A stretch of 64,000 nucleotides of DNA, from positions 50,778,001 through 50,842,000 of the forward strand of contig OZ076414.1 in NCBI GenBank assembly GCA_964187785.1. Direction: 5' to 3'. The position numbers were made by a program, and so were the translations under genes. The stretch comes from Amphiscolops sp. MND2022 (Eukaryota). Below, one piece after another: positions 25,801 to 37,800 of this stretch; within the stretch, counting starts at the first letter, position 1, and every line of letters starts with the position of its first letter. Below the pieces are notes generated by a model. It was not told the origin of the DNA. It searched no databases and was given only the letters and a program-made list of their open reading frames with translations.

Positions 25801-28800
25801 AGTTGAATACACTACCCGAAGACAGAAACCAAAAGACAGCCGAAACAATTCGGAGAGCAGAAAAGGATTTCGCATTAGATTTGCCACTGCTGGTGGAAGA
25901 GACGGCACAAGATACGAAGATACTGGACGCCATAATTGCACTGGAGGCCGGCAGAGCGGAAGATCTATTCTATCCTTATCGTCCCCACCGAGAGCATTTA
26001 GGGACACGATTTGGGCTGCTCTTTTACAACGATCGAATCGTTATTCCGGAAACAATGCGCTCAACAATCATAGCGATGTTACACAGCGGCCACGTATCCG
26101 TCACAAAGATGGACAAATCAGCAGAGGCGTTCTGGTGGCCCGGATTACACCGAGAAATCAGAGAAAAGGCGGAGACCTGCCCGAGTTGCCGAACAGCAGG
26201 TAAGAATCTAAAAACACAAATTCCGCAAACGGAGGTAAATAGACTCGAAATTTTAACCGAACCGGGCCAGGAAATCCAACTAGATTTTGCGGGTCCGATA
26301 AAATCGAAATCACGCGGAGACGTTTACATTTTAGTCGCGGTCGACCGTTTTAGCAAATGGCCAACGGCTCAAATTTGTAAGAGAACGGACTCCCGGACCG
26401 TAATAAAGTTTTTAACGAAATATTGTGCCGACAACGGAACACCGAGAACAATACGTACCGATAACGGCAGTTGTTTCAAAAGCCAAGAGTTTAAAATTTA
26501 CTGTAAAGGCGAAAATATAAAAAGGATACGTAGTACTCCAAATTTACACACAGGAACCGGATTGGTTGAAAGAACCATACGCACAATCAAATCACTGACC
26601 AGAGCCAACTTGGAAGACGGCTTAACTTTTGAAGAAAGCGTCACAAGAGCAATTAAAACAATTAGACAAACCATACATAGCACACTTAAAATGACGCCTT
26701 TCCAATTACATTACGGCCGTAAACCGCGCACACCAATAACAAATCTAATTGGACAGCCCACCTGCCTATTAACCGACTGGAAGAAAACAATAACTAATTA
26801 CATTTTAGCCCAACCTGCAGAATTACAAGTCTACACCATACAAGACTCAGATGGGGAATTGGCTGACTATCTGGTCTTGAACGAGTCGAGGAAGAGAGGT
26901 AGATCGGTAAGCGGTGATTTTAAAAACTATAAATTTTTTGAAAAAGAAACCAAGCCCAATGCAATGAAATGCCGATTCAAAACCGATAAAATTTTAACCG
27001 CAGCCAAAGAAACTAAGCACACCATAACAACAACTGAGGGAAAACTAATTCATAAGAAATTGGCATCTAAACCTCTAAAATTTCAGCCATCAAAGAAGCC
27101 AGATGAAACACGAAAGCCAACAACGAGATGCAAAAGGTGCGGCCGCTTCAGCAACGGAGACCTATGTGACACCCACAAACGGCTGTACCACAAACAAAAC
27201 GACCAGAAAAAGCCAACATCGGCCATGACTTTCCCAACAATGCCGGCTGAACGACCGAAGATAATACCAGATATCACTACGATATCAACCGACAGCCACT
27301 CAGATCATACCGAGGAGTTACCGTCCACGGCAGATATTGATCCCGAGCTGACCGTAACCGCGGACATAAGGTATGCCAGCGGACAGCCGGAGGAACAAAA
27401 GGCCACGGATACCCCTGCAATTTCTTCACCGATCGGATGCAGCACCGAACGAGTCCCAAAACGGAAAACAGCAGGACGCGACGATACCCCCACCGGATCT
27501 CCCAACAAAACAAACAGCCCAGCCAAGAGAGGTTTAGTAGATTTTGGCTTAGAAAGGGGGGGAAATATAGAGAACATAGAGGGAGATGGGGGGATACGTA
27601 GATCAAATAGAATTAAAACAGCTAAGAGGGTCGTAAAAATGGGCGGGATCGAATACTTTTAACAAACTTAAAGTAATTCCAGATCCAAAGCAACAACAGC
27701 AGAAGAAAGTGATCCACTTTACTCGGAACAGCCCACAGCCATCCAACACCCCGAAGCCTGATGGACAGAAAAGAACCCTCAAACCCGAGGAGGGGGGAGT
27801 GTAGAGGAGAGTGCTCCTACTAGTCTAGACAGTGTTACCAAATACCTGTCACGAACTTTAAAGGACAATAGTTTGTACTATTCAGTCGATGCTATCTTTT
27901 TAGTTTACGTACAGTTGACCTATACATTGTATCGCTACCTCTTAATCTTAACTTGAGCATCCAACCTTAATCTCTTATCGAGTCTACAACACATCTTCAT
28001 TTCATGAAAGCATGCGTTCAAGATTTTGCAAGGATCTTCCAGGATGTTGCAAGATCTTGGAAAATTTTGAATTTTTTTCGGTATTTTATGAGAAATCGAA
28101 GTCGTTAGACAAGCTATCTTGAAGTAAAGAATGAAATATTTTCGATGTTATACAATATTTAAACTAACTTGAAAATTAACAAAACAATTGATGGATGAAA
28201 TCTAATATAAACTATCCAGTGATTCCAATTGGAAAAAAAATATTCAGATTAATTATATAAGTTTTCTCTCTGACATCCAATGTTTTAAAATAGTTGCGTT
28301 TCAAGTGGTACAGATTCGTGAAGACAATAATTTACTATTTCTGTAAAATCTTCTTACAAGTGATATCCAATAATCCCTAGGAATTAGGCTATTCATTTTC
28401 AACATGTTTGCATTGTAATTTTTACTCCCATGGTGTGACTTTTTCAGTGCGCGTTTTCTTAAATACATACATGAGACGCGTCCCGTAAGGTACATGTATT
28501 TTTTGGCGTTTTTAAAGAATCAAACATGAGTAAACAAAAAATTAAATTTTGTCTCAAGCGAAACTTGAGTTTGAACTGAGCTGTCAATCAAAAATGGTAA
28601 CCGTATTTTTAACTGTCAACGTTCGAAAATGACACCTCCCATCTGTCAAAACATTCGTGGACATTACCTCTGTGACCGACAAGACAATTTTATGATGCAA
28701 GTTCAGAGAAACTGTAAAATTTGTCTGATGTTGTCCTCGAAACTGATATTGTTGTTCTAACAGTTTGATAAGAATAAAAACTAAGAGTGCAAAACTTTTG

Positions 28801-31800
28801 AATTCTTGTTACAAATATGTTTGCTCTGTAAAATTTGTAGAAGTGTTTAGTGTACCGTGTTTTTGCCGCACTTGTTTTAGTACACTAGCAACAGAAGTAA
28901 CCGTCGACGTTTTAATTTCACGAGAAACTTCACGTCAAGTGCAAAAAGGGCCGAAAATGGTCGAAAAGTTTGTTTTCTTAACTTTTGTAAAAAATGATCG
29001 GATCATAAACTATAAGAAACGTCTTACATTTCATTTATTGAGTCACCAGTATCATCAACAGTTTGAACAAAAGTATGAAAACAAACGTGAAAAGTCAGGA
29101 AGTAACGTTGAAAATAGTTTAGAGTTAATGTTGAGTCAATGTTGTGAATCATCATTGACATGCTTCAGCCCCCCAAGCTGCAGGGAGAAGAGAGGGGAGA
29201 CGAGGGCGGACCGGGAAAAATCTCTCCAGAAATGAGTCGTGGCGAACGAACCGTCACGGGGCGAAAACGCGGGAAAGAGAGACGGCGGGGCGCTCGAAAG
29301 TTCCGTAAGCTGTCTTTACAGAACACACTCGGGTCTGACCATCTCGCCCAGGGAAAACAGCTTCCACTCGCCCAATAGGCCAAATCCCACGAGGAGTGAA
29401 GTCTCGAAGCACCCACACAAGTTCTCCAACAGTAATTGGTGATAGTTGTTGATTCCACTTGGACCGGTGGTGCAGTGTGGGAATGTATTCAGTTAGCAGT
29501 CTCTTCCAAATATGGTTGACAAGTTTTTGGGTTTCTTTCCAAGACTTATGCGTGAGCTGATAACTGGAATCTTGGAAAACTCCAGGTGGCAGGTTTGCAT
29601 AGGGTTTGTGGAGAAGAAAGTGGTTGGGCGTCAGAGGTTCTTCGTTGTCAGGGTAGTCGGCAACATGGGTCAGAGGTCGTGAGTTGAGCATGAGTTCTGT
29701 TTCGGCAAGGATTGTGTGAAACAATTCTAGAGTCAGTTTTCTGGAACCTAGGATGAGGAGTAGTGTTTTCTTGGCCGTTTGGATAAGGCGTTCCCACGCC
29801 CCACCAAAGTGCGGCACAAACGGCGGGTTGAGGTGCCATTCCATCTCGGGTGCTAGGGGAGGAGTTTGCAGAGCTGTGCGGATACCTGCGTTCAAGGCTT
29901 CCTGAAGCTCACGACGGGCACCAACGAAATTTTTTCCATTGTCAGAACGAATGTACTGCGGCTGTCATCTTCTGGCAATGAAGCGTCGGAAGGCGTTGAT
30001 GAAGGAGTCCGTGGTCAAGGCGGGACAAGGTTCCAAATGACAGGTGCGGGTGACGAGGCAGGTGAAGATCAGGCTGTAGTGTTTCTCAGTTCGTTTTCCG
30101 TTGACAATGAAGAATGGTCCAAACGCATCGACTCCGGAGTTGGCGAACGGATATGGCGTATCTGGGGATGGAAATCGGCACCGCGGTAAGGGCGCCATCA
30201 TTGGCTCGACGTTTTCGGCTCGAAAGCGGCGGCATTGGAAGCAACGATAACTGATGGTGCGCAGGGCGGCACGTACGCCAAAAATGAAATAACGTTGTTG
30301 CAGAAATGACTTGACGTATTCGGGACCGGCGTGGTGGCAGATTTCATGAAAGTGTACCATGAGGAGGCGGATTATTGCGTTCTGGGCATCTAGAACGACT
30401 GGCATGCGCGTAGCTGCGGGTAACGGTGCGTATTGTAGACGTCCGGAAGAGCATAAAATTTGGCGTTCGTCAATGAAAGGGTTCAAAGAAAGGAGTTTGT
30501 CTTTGGACGACAATGATTCCTTTCGAAGAAGTTTTCCAAAAACGGCTGGAAAAGACACTAGTTGCGATTGACGGAGAAGTGTTTCGGTTGCTAGTTGAAA
30601 ATCATTAGCGGTTAAGTTTGGCAAGGACGACGGATCTCGGAGACGGCGGATGAAGAAGCGGACGATTGCGGTTGTTTTGAGTAAACGATTCCAAGAAGAA
30701 AATCTTGAAATAACAACGAGGCCGGTTTGCGACACGACGACGGTTGCGGTGCAGATTGACATATCGAGGTTTGCGGGCATTCTTGAGAGCCAATTTTTTA
30801 AAGGCTTCAAAAGGAAATCGGGTCCTTTTGTCCATTTGGAGGAAATGTCTGAGGGTTTCAAACCGCGAGTTCCGTGATCGGCGGGGTTCAATTCGGTTGG
30901 AACGTAGTTCCACTGGTTCGGTTTTGTGTGTTGAGTGATTTCGTTCACTCGGTGAGCAACGAATGTTTTTAGTTTCTTTTGGTTTTGGATCCAATCCAAC
31001 ACGACGCAACTATCGGTCCAAAAAAGAATTTGGCGAAAGTTACATTCGAAAGCGTTTAGAACGGTGCGGAGTAAACGGACTCCTAAGACGGAGGCTTCGA
31101 GTTCCAGTTTTGGAACACTTCGTTGCTTGATGGGTGCCACACGGCTCTTGCCAAGAACGAAAACGAGACGAGCGGGAGTGGTGTCAGACGGCGGTTGACG
31201 TGCGTATATAACGGCGGAAAATGCGGAGATGGAAGCGTCGGTGAAAACGTGAAGCTCTGCAGAGGTGAGCAGAGGTGATATTTGACGCGGTACGGAAATG
31301 TCAGGCATAGTGGCGTATTGCGTGGCCAACTTGTTGATGCGAGGTTGGAGATCGTCAGGAACGGGCTGGTCCCATGTTTGTCCTCGCTTCCAGAGGATCT
31401 GGAGAATGACTTCGAGTTGTATCAAGAAAGGAGCGAGCAATCCAATAGGATCGAAAATGGAGGAAACCATGCTGAACAGTTGTCGAAGCGTTTGCGGCGA
31501 GTCAATTGTTTTCGGCGTTGGAGCTGTGAACGTGTCATTTGAAAGACACCAAGTCTGACCAAGAACTTTTGTTGTGTTCTGAATGATTTCCATGTCTTCT
31601 TCGGGAAGAGCAGTAAGAGCGGTGGGATCATTCGAAACGAACTTGGTAAGGCGGAACCCTCCGTGTTGGAGAACAGTGCGTAGATTGGAGGCGAGGCGGC
31701 GAGCGGTTTCAGCGGTGGCAAACGACATTATGAAGTCATCCATGTAAAAGTTATTTAAAACTGCTTCATAAACTTCGGGAAATCGGTCGGAGAGGTCGGA

Positions 31801-34800
31801 AGCGCAACGGTGTAGAGTGAAGATGGCGCAGGAAGGCAAGCACGTGGCGCCAAAGATGAGGCGAGCATATTGATATTGGCGAACGATACCATCTTTTAAC
31901 CAGAGGAAGCGTAGCGCAGACTGGTCTTCTTCACGGATGGCAACTTGCATAAACATACCTTCGATGTCGGCTAAGACACCGACAGGATGTTTGCGGAAAC
32001 GGAGAATGATTTCAAGCAAATTAGCTAACAGGTCTGGACCGGTTAGAAGAGCGTTATTGAGCGAGACATCCTTGAACTTCGAGGCTACGTTGGCTACTCG
32101 GCGGACTTTGCCAGGTTTATTGGGGTTCTCGACGGGATGCGTGGGGAGGTACCAAATTCGCGGGGGCGGCGGATGTTGCATTTTGACTTGTTTCACGTAA
32201 CCTTTTTCGAGATCCTTCTGCAACGTTTCGTCGAATTTGGCTTTTTTCTGCGGGTGTTCTCGGAAGCGTTTTTCGAGGCTGCGGAGTTGACTTAATGCGG
32301 CGAAATAAATGTTCGGGAGTGGCGTGTCGAGTTTCCAAGGAAGTCCTATTTCGTACCTTTCGCCGTCGTGGCGGCAGGTGTCTTGAAGTATCAGAAGAGC
32401 TTCTTTGTCATGTGTAGACAAAGCATCTTTTTGCGCCGGTTCAGTGGCTATTTTTTCAAAATTCCAGTAGTGTTCGAGAATGTCGGTGGAAGCTGATTGA
32501 GACGAGGTTTCATGGGAAGCAAAAAAAGCAGGTGCTTCGTGGCGGTAGATTTCTTTCGGGAGGAGTGACGAAACTCGCCGGCAATTGTCCAGCCGAGTTC
32601 CGTTCGAATACCGGAAGGACAGTTGTGAGCTCCGCGAATCCACTCTAACGAATGGGTGAAGGGGACACAAGCGGTGCCGAGGAGGACACCAATTTTTCCC
32701 TGATTGATGTCTGGGAACTTTATGTGACGGAGCTGGGGGAAATTTTGACAAATATCATTGAGTTCGGTGGTATCGGCACGGGGAAGGTTGATATTAGGGG
32801 TGGAAAAAGCGTGTTGTACGTGAAATTTGTTGTCATTGTCGGCGTACGGTGCAATGTCAAATGATGTGGCAGAGACTGACAAGAAACGAGACAGGCTCAG
32901 AAACTGTACATCTAGTTTATATTTCTTGCCAGTTTTCAAGCTGAGGAAACTCGAGATATGGTCTACGATGTACGTTCCTGTGCTACCGGGATCAATCAAG
33001 GCATATGTATCAAACGTTTTGTCTCCATTGATGATGGAAACTGGGATAATTTGAAGAACGGAAAAAAGATCTTTGGGAAATTTGTCGATGGCGGCGGCGT
33101 TAAACTGCGGTTGTCGGGAAGATTTTTGATTCTGGGAGCGTTGAAATTGCGTTGACGTTCCGGCATTGTGGTCGTTTTTTTGTAGATCGGATTTGCTAGA
33201 AACTGAATTTTTGTAAGTCGAGATATTTTTTTCGTTGACTTTGCGAAGGTCTTTTCGGAGTTGAGTGTGGAGAGAGGTGTGGTGAGAAGCTCCACAGTTG
33301 GGTTCTTGACAGCGAATTTTGGATGGGCAGTCGGGTTTCAAGTGGGAGTTGCCCAAACAATTGTAGCATAACTTTAGGTCTTTGACCTTTTGAAGTTTTT
33401 CGTTCATGGAAGCGGACGTGTACTGGGGGCATTTGTAGACAAAGTGCGGAGCAGCACAGATTGGGCAAGCAAGGGATTTGATTTTTGATGTCTTTGGTGC
33501 CGTGGTGCTGGAAGAACGTTCGTTGTCGTTGGATCTATCACAAGCTGGTTCGAGTGTTTCCAGTACCTTTGCTTGAATATCCAACCATTGTTGGAAATCG
33601 AGCAGAGTAGGTGTTGACATGTTGTTTCTAACTGTATGTTCAGTCCATTTGAGCAACAAATGGTGCGGGAGTTTCTCTTTGGCAAGGGTTAGTACAGTTG
33701 AGGAATGCAGATCAGCTGTGAAATGGAGATTGTGGAAGGTTTGAATCAGCTGTTTCAGAAATGTGGAAAACGATACGAGAGTGTGGTTTAGCGATGACAT
33801 TTTTTGCCATGATTCGAGACGGCGAATGTAGGCTGTTACAACGTGTTGCGGTGAACCGAAGCGAGACTCAAGTTCCGCTAGCGCGACGTTGTAGAAAGCA
33901 GGGTTACAAGAGTAACCTCGGATGAGGTCTTTCGCCTTTCCGGAAACTGAGTTTTGCAGGTAAGTGATTCGGTGAGTTTGTGAGATCGATCTGTTTTCGT
34001 GAACAGATGCTTTGAAAATGTTGATCCAATCATGAAAGGCGAGAGGATCCCCATCGAATTTCGGAATCTGAACAGGCGACAGTTTTATACAAGAGGCGGC
34101 GAATGGGTGTTGGGTTGAAACAACTGGTACGGTAAGTGCGAAGGTAACTGACTGCTGAATCGGCTGGTTGATACAATGAGGTTGTAACATTGGAGGACAC
34201 TCGGTGGCTGGATTAGGAAAGGTCCGTGTTATCCATTCGGTGTTGGTGGCAAAGCAAATGTCAGGGTGAGCGGCAATGGGTTGCGTTACAGGCAGAAAAG
34301 TCTGGTGATTGGACGACGGACAAAATTGTGTTAGCGGTTCAGCTGGAGGCGGAACTGATGAAGGTGGAAGATGTTGAAATTTGGCGCTTTGCATGTGGGG
34401 TAACGGAAAGTGGGGATTGACCACCTGATATGATGGACGGACGCTGTTTGTCAAAACAGTGTCGAAAGTTGGTAGATGATAGTTGGTGGTGTAGACTAAG
34501 CGGCTAGTTGCAGTTGTTGAGGGTGACTGATGTGGCAAATGACAGGCAATACTTAGTGGTTGCTGTTGGTGAGGGAGAGTGACGACTGAGTTGTCCAACT
34601 GCGGTGGTTGTCGCTGGCTAGGGAGAGTGACGGCTGAGTTGTCCAAATGCGGTTCACAGATCTGTGAAGGAATGGCTTCAGAGGCCAAGTCCTGTTGTTC
34701 CCGATCGAACTCGGTGTTTCTTTGTATGTCTTCGGTGTAGGAAGGGTCTTGATGAGCGGTTGTAGAAACATGAGAGTTATCCAAACTTCCTAAGTGGCGG

Positions 34801-37800
34801 GACAGCTCGGGACCCGTCATGTCCATGATATGCGTGGGAAGTTGTGGTTGTGATGGAGCGCGAGTTACAGGCTGTCCGGAGTTGATGAAAAACTGTGGCA
34901 GGCGTGTCGTGTTGTTGGGTGCGGTTGCAAAATCCTGCTGCTGTTGTGAGGCTGGATTGGTGGGTGCTGAAGATGATTCTTCGCATCGGCGCTCGAAGGG
35001 AGCACAGGTTGATGAGCGACTTGGGCCGCTCTGGGTTAGATTATCGATTTTCTCAGCATAGTGTATAAAAATTAAAGAGAAGTCAGCTGACTTCTACAGA
35101 AATGGCTCCAAATCATCGAGCGTTATAAAGGCAGACATCTGTTCAGAGATTTCTTCAAGTTTGGCGGCGATAGTTTGCAACTGCGCAAGAATTTCACGCA
35201 GGCGCTGGATGTTGTTGTCCGAGGTCAACATCGATGCAAGGTAGTTCGAAGTATTCCCAAACTTGCACTCGTGCAGTCGAAAGTGATTTTTGAGAGTGTC
35301 GATCTTCGGGTTCACCATCGTTGATTGTAGTAGAAGTCAGACAGCTTACGGAAAGAGAACCGCTGCGAACCGGTAAAAAAAAGAAATTCAAGGAATGCAA
35401 AATGAAAATTTTTTCCTGTTCCGCGTTGAAATTTCGAACGAGCGACGGTTCGGGTCTGTACGGGCACCGTACGAAACGAACGGTCTGTTACGTACCTTTG
35501 CTGGACGGTAGTTGAAGAATCTGGACGGGACTGGACGCTACTTTGAAAAAAGGCGTGAAATTGAATGTGGAGAAAAAATCGAACAAAAACGACTAAGGCG
35601 TTTTGAGACCTCTAATCAGAGGTGTGCGTTCCGAGAATTTTTTTAATTACTACTTTTCGTTCTCTAATCAGAGAAGGTTAATAAAGGACGTTTTACACTT
35701 GTATCATCCTAATATGTGTTAAGGAAAAAACTCTTCAAAAAACCACTCCCTACTCTCTACTCAATGCAGCTAGGTAAAGGCTGAAAAAGTTTTCGTGTTT
35801 GGAGACTTTGAAGTGGCTAGCTAGGTTGTAGTACACACTGGAGAGTAGCTGTAAGGATTGTCAATTCTGTTGTCGTTCGAAAAAAAGCTTTTCTGTTCGT
35901 TGAAGAACCACTTTTGTCCTTTGACTGAAGCGAGAACGATTTTTGCTGCTTGAGGTAAGCGAGAAAAAGTTCCGAAAAAGGCTGATTTTTGAAGTGGGAA
36001 GCAAAATCCTCGTACTGGAGATGAATTGTTGGCGCTGGGAACCACGAAAAATTGGAATAGACTAACCAAGTTTTCCAGAAAGAGCTCGGAAAAGAAACCC
36101 AAAGAATAATTTCTTCTGAGGTTGCATCAGAATTTCATCGAAAAGGTTGGCTTTGAATGTCAAGTTGAAAGAGCGCCTAAACATATAAAAAACGTCTTAT
36201 ATTTCATTTATTGAGTCACCAGTATCATCAACAGTTTGAACAAAAGTATGAAAACAAACGTGAAAAGTCAGGAAGTAACGTTGAAAATAGTTTAGAGTTA
36301 ATGTTGAGTCAATGTTGTGAATCATCATTGACATAAACCAAAACGGTCCAATAAAGCTGCTTCAAATTCTAAGGCGACTTTAGTTTTACAAAATTGTGCA
36401 AAAATTTTAATAACTGTGATTTTCAGCATTCAAAAATCTGCGCCCAGTAAAAACGTCGAAGGTTACTTTCGTTGCTTTGTGTCTATGTTTGTGTGAGATT
36501 AGAAACATCTTTGGGAGCCAAAGCTTTAAAAGTTCTCATTTTTCTTTTTATATTTGTCATCCTTTCAAACTTCCTTTGTAGGACTACTTTGAGACTAAAA
36601 CCCTTATTTTGAATCCTTTAAAATACAGTTCTCTGAAATGTTTTTGTTCGCTGTCGAGTCTATTTCTTGGAATTTTCCCGTCTGATCGCAATTGACTTAA
36701 TTGGGACACCGGACTAGTATAAATTTCACATAACAACGCCCCTTGGAATGAATCGATAGTCTAGTAGCTACCGCGCGTAGATTCGTCTCTTGGAGGTGGA
36801 GGGAATGGGGAGCCGACTTGGGCTATGCCCGGCTTGGTAGATGTTATTCCTTTAGACATTAACCCTAATGCCCCGATACAATTATTGCAACCGAATTGAC
36901 ATGTTTTTGTCATTGGATTTCTTAATTTTAAGGTCGTACTAACTTTCCCTAACCGACTCTCTATGTAGTGATTGAAAGACTGTCTTAGTTAAAGTTGCTT
37001 GAACTTTTGAAAAAATGTGAAACTGAAATGCCTACAAGTATCATGATTATCTGATTTTTTTACGGGATTTTCAATGCAATGAAATTTCCCTGTTGTATTC
37101 GACTTTTATCAAGTACTTGAAAAATTATTCATCAAAAAACTGGCGCAGTTGAAAACCATGAACAATGCAGCTTTTGATATGTCTTATTTCTAGATTTACA
37201 TGCAGCTGAGTGTTCATCAAATTTACCCCGCTTTTCAATGCGAATTGTTTCTAATCACGGTGTAAACTGCATTAGAGGAACAGCTGGAGAGCCAAAGTGT
37301 GAAAACGACGTGATCGTGTCGGTAACGAAGTGAAAACATTTTCGACTTTCATTGCATTAGTGGAAATCCAGCAAAACTTGCCACATGAAGATAATTGAAT
37401 TTTTTTATCTTTCAAAAATTATCCTGTGTAATTGCTCTGCAAGGCTGCCTGTATAGCGGCTTCAAGATATTCAAGATACCCCTTGCTGAACTGCATTCTC
37501 AATGATACCGCGGCAAATTAAAGTGCCTCGGGTTACTTGTAAATGATTCAACATTTCAAAGTTATCAGTAAGTCTGCCAGGGTCCAAAAAATGTTTTTGT
37601 TAACAAGTATTTTACGCTGATGGTCTATGGCCCCGGTGGGAAAGGTATTTATTAATGGGACCAATTTGTCAATGGGAGACCATCGGTGGTACCAATTCAG
37701 TACAAATAAAAACAAATGAAATCAAAGAAAGCTATATATTTGCACGTAAATGAAATTTTTTGAGCTGAAAAAAGTTCAAAGAGGAAGCTGTTTGCATTGA

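Larger units (their letters stand above)
22143..27991 (+). mobile_element. Full-length Ty3/Gypsy LTR retrotransposon (Mag-like architecture), with coding lesions
   Basis: Two 192-bp TG..CA LTRs, 4-bp TSD CATC (22139-22142 and 27992-27995), PBS, PPT, and domain order gag-PR-RT-RH-IN. Confidence 0.95.
29011..36333 (-). mobile_element. BEL/Pao LTR retrotransposon, decayed
   Basis: 150-bp direct repeats at 29011-29160 and 36184-36333 with 2 mismatches. 5-bp flanking duplication TAAAC at 29006-29010 and 36334-36338. G-rich PPT-like tract next to 29160. Pao-type polyprotein. Confidence 0.93.

Noticed and set aside
28732-29010. TGTCCTCG.. at 28732 as the true end of a 429-bp BEL 3' LTR
   Set aside because: Beyond six bases there is no similarity to 35915..36183, and this flank mirrors the right-hand host flank.
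22411-34420. Numerous 60-135-aa antisense or overlapping ORFs within the two retrotransposons
   Set aside because: They are shadows of the stop-poor gag-pol frames and carry no independent motifs.
22988-35096. In-frame stops in TE ORFs as evidence of an alternative genetic code or selenocysteine
   Set aside because: All three stop types occur (TAA, TAG, TGA), each one base from an expected sense codon, and the host gene uses the standard code.
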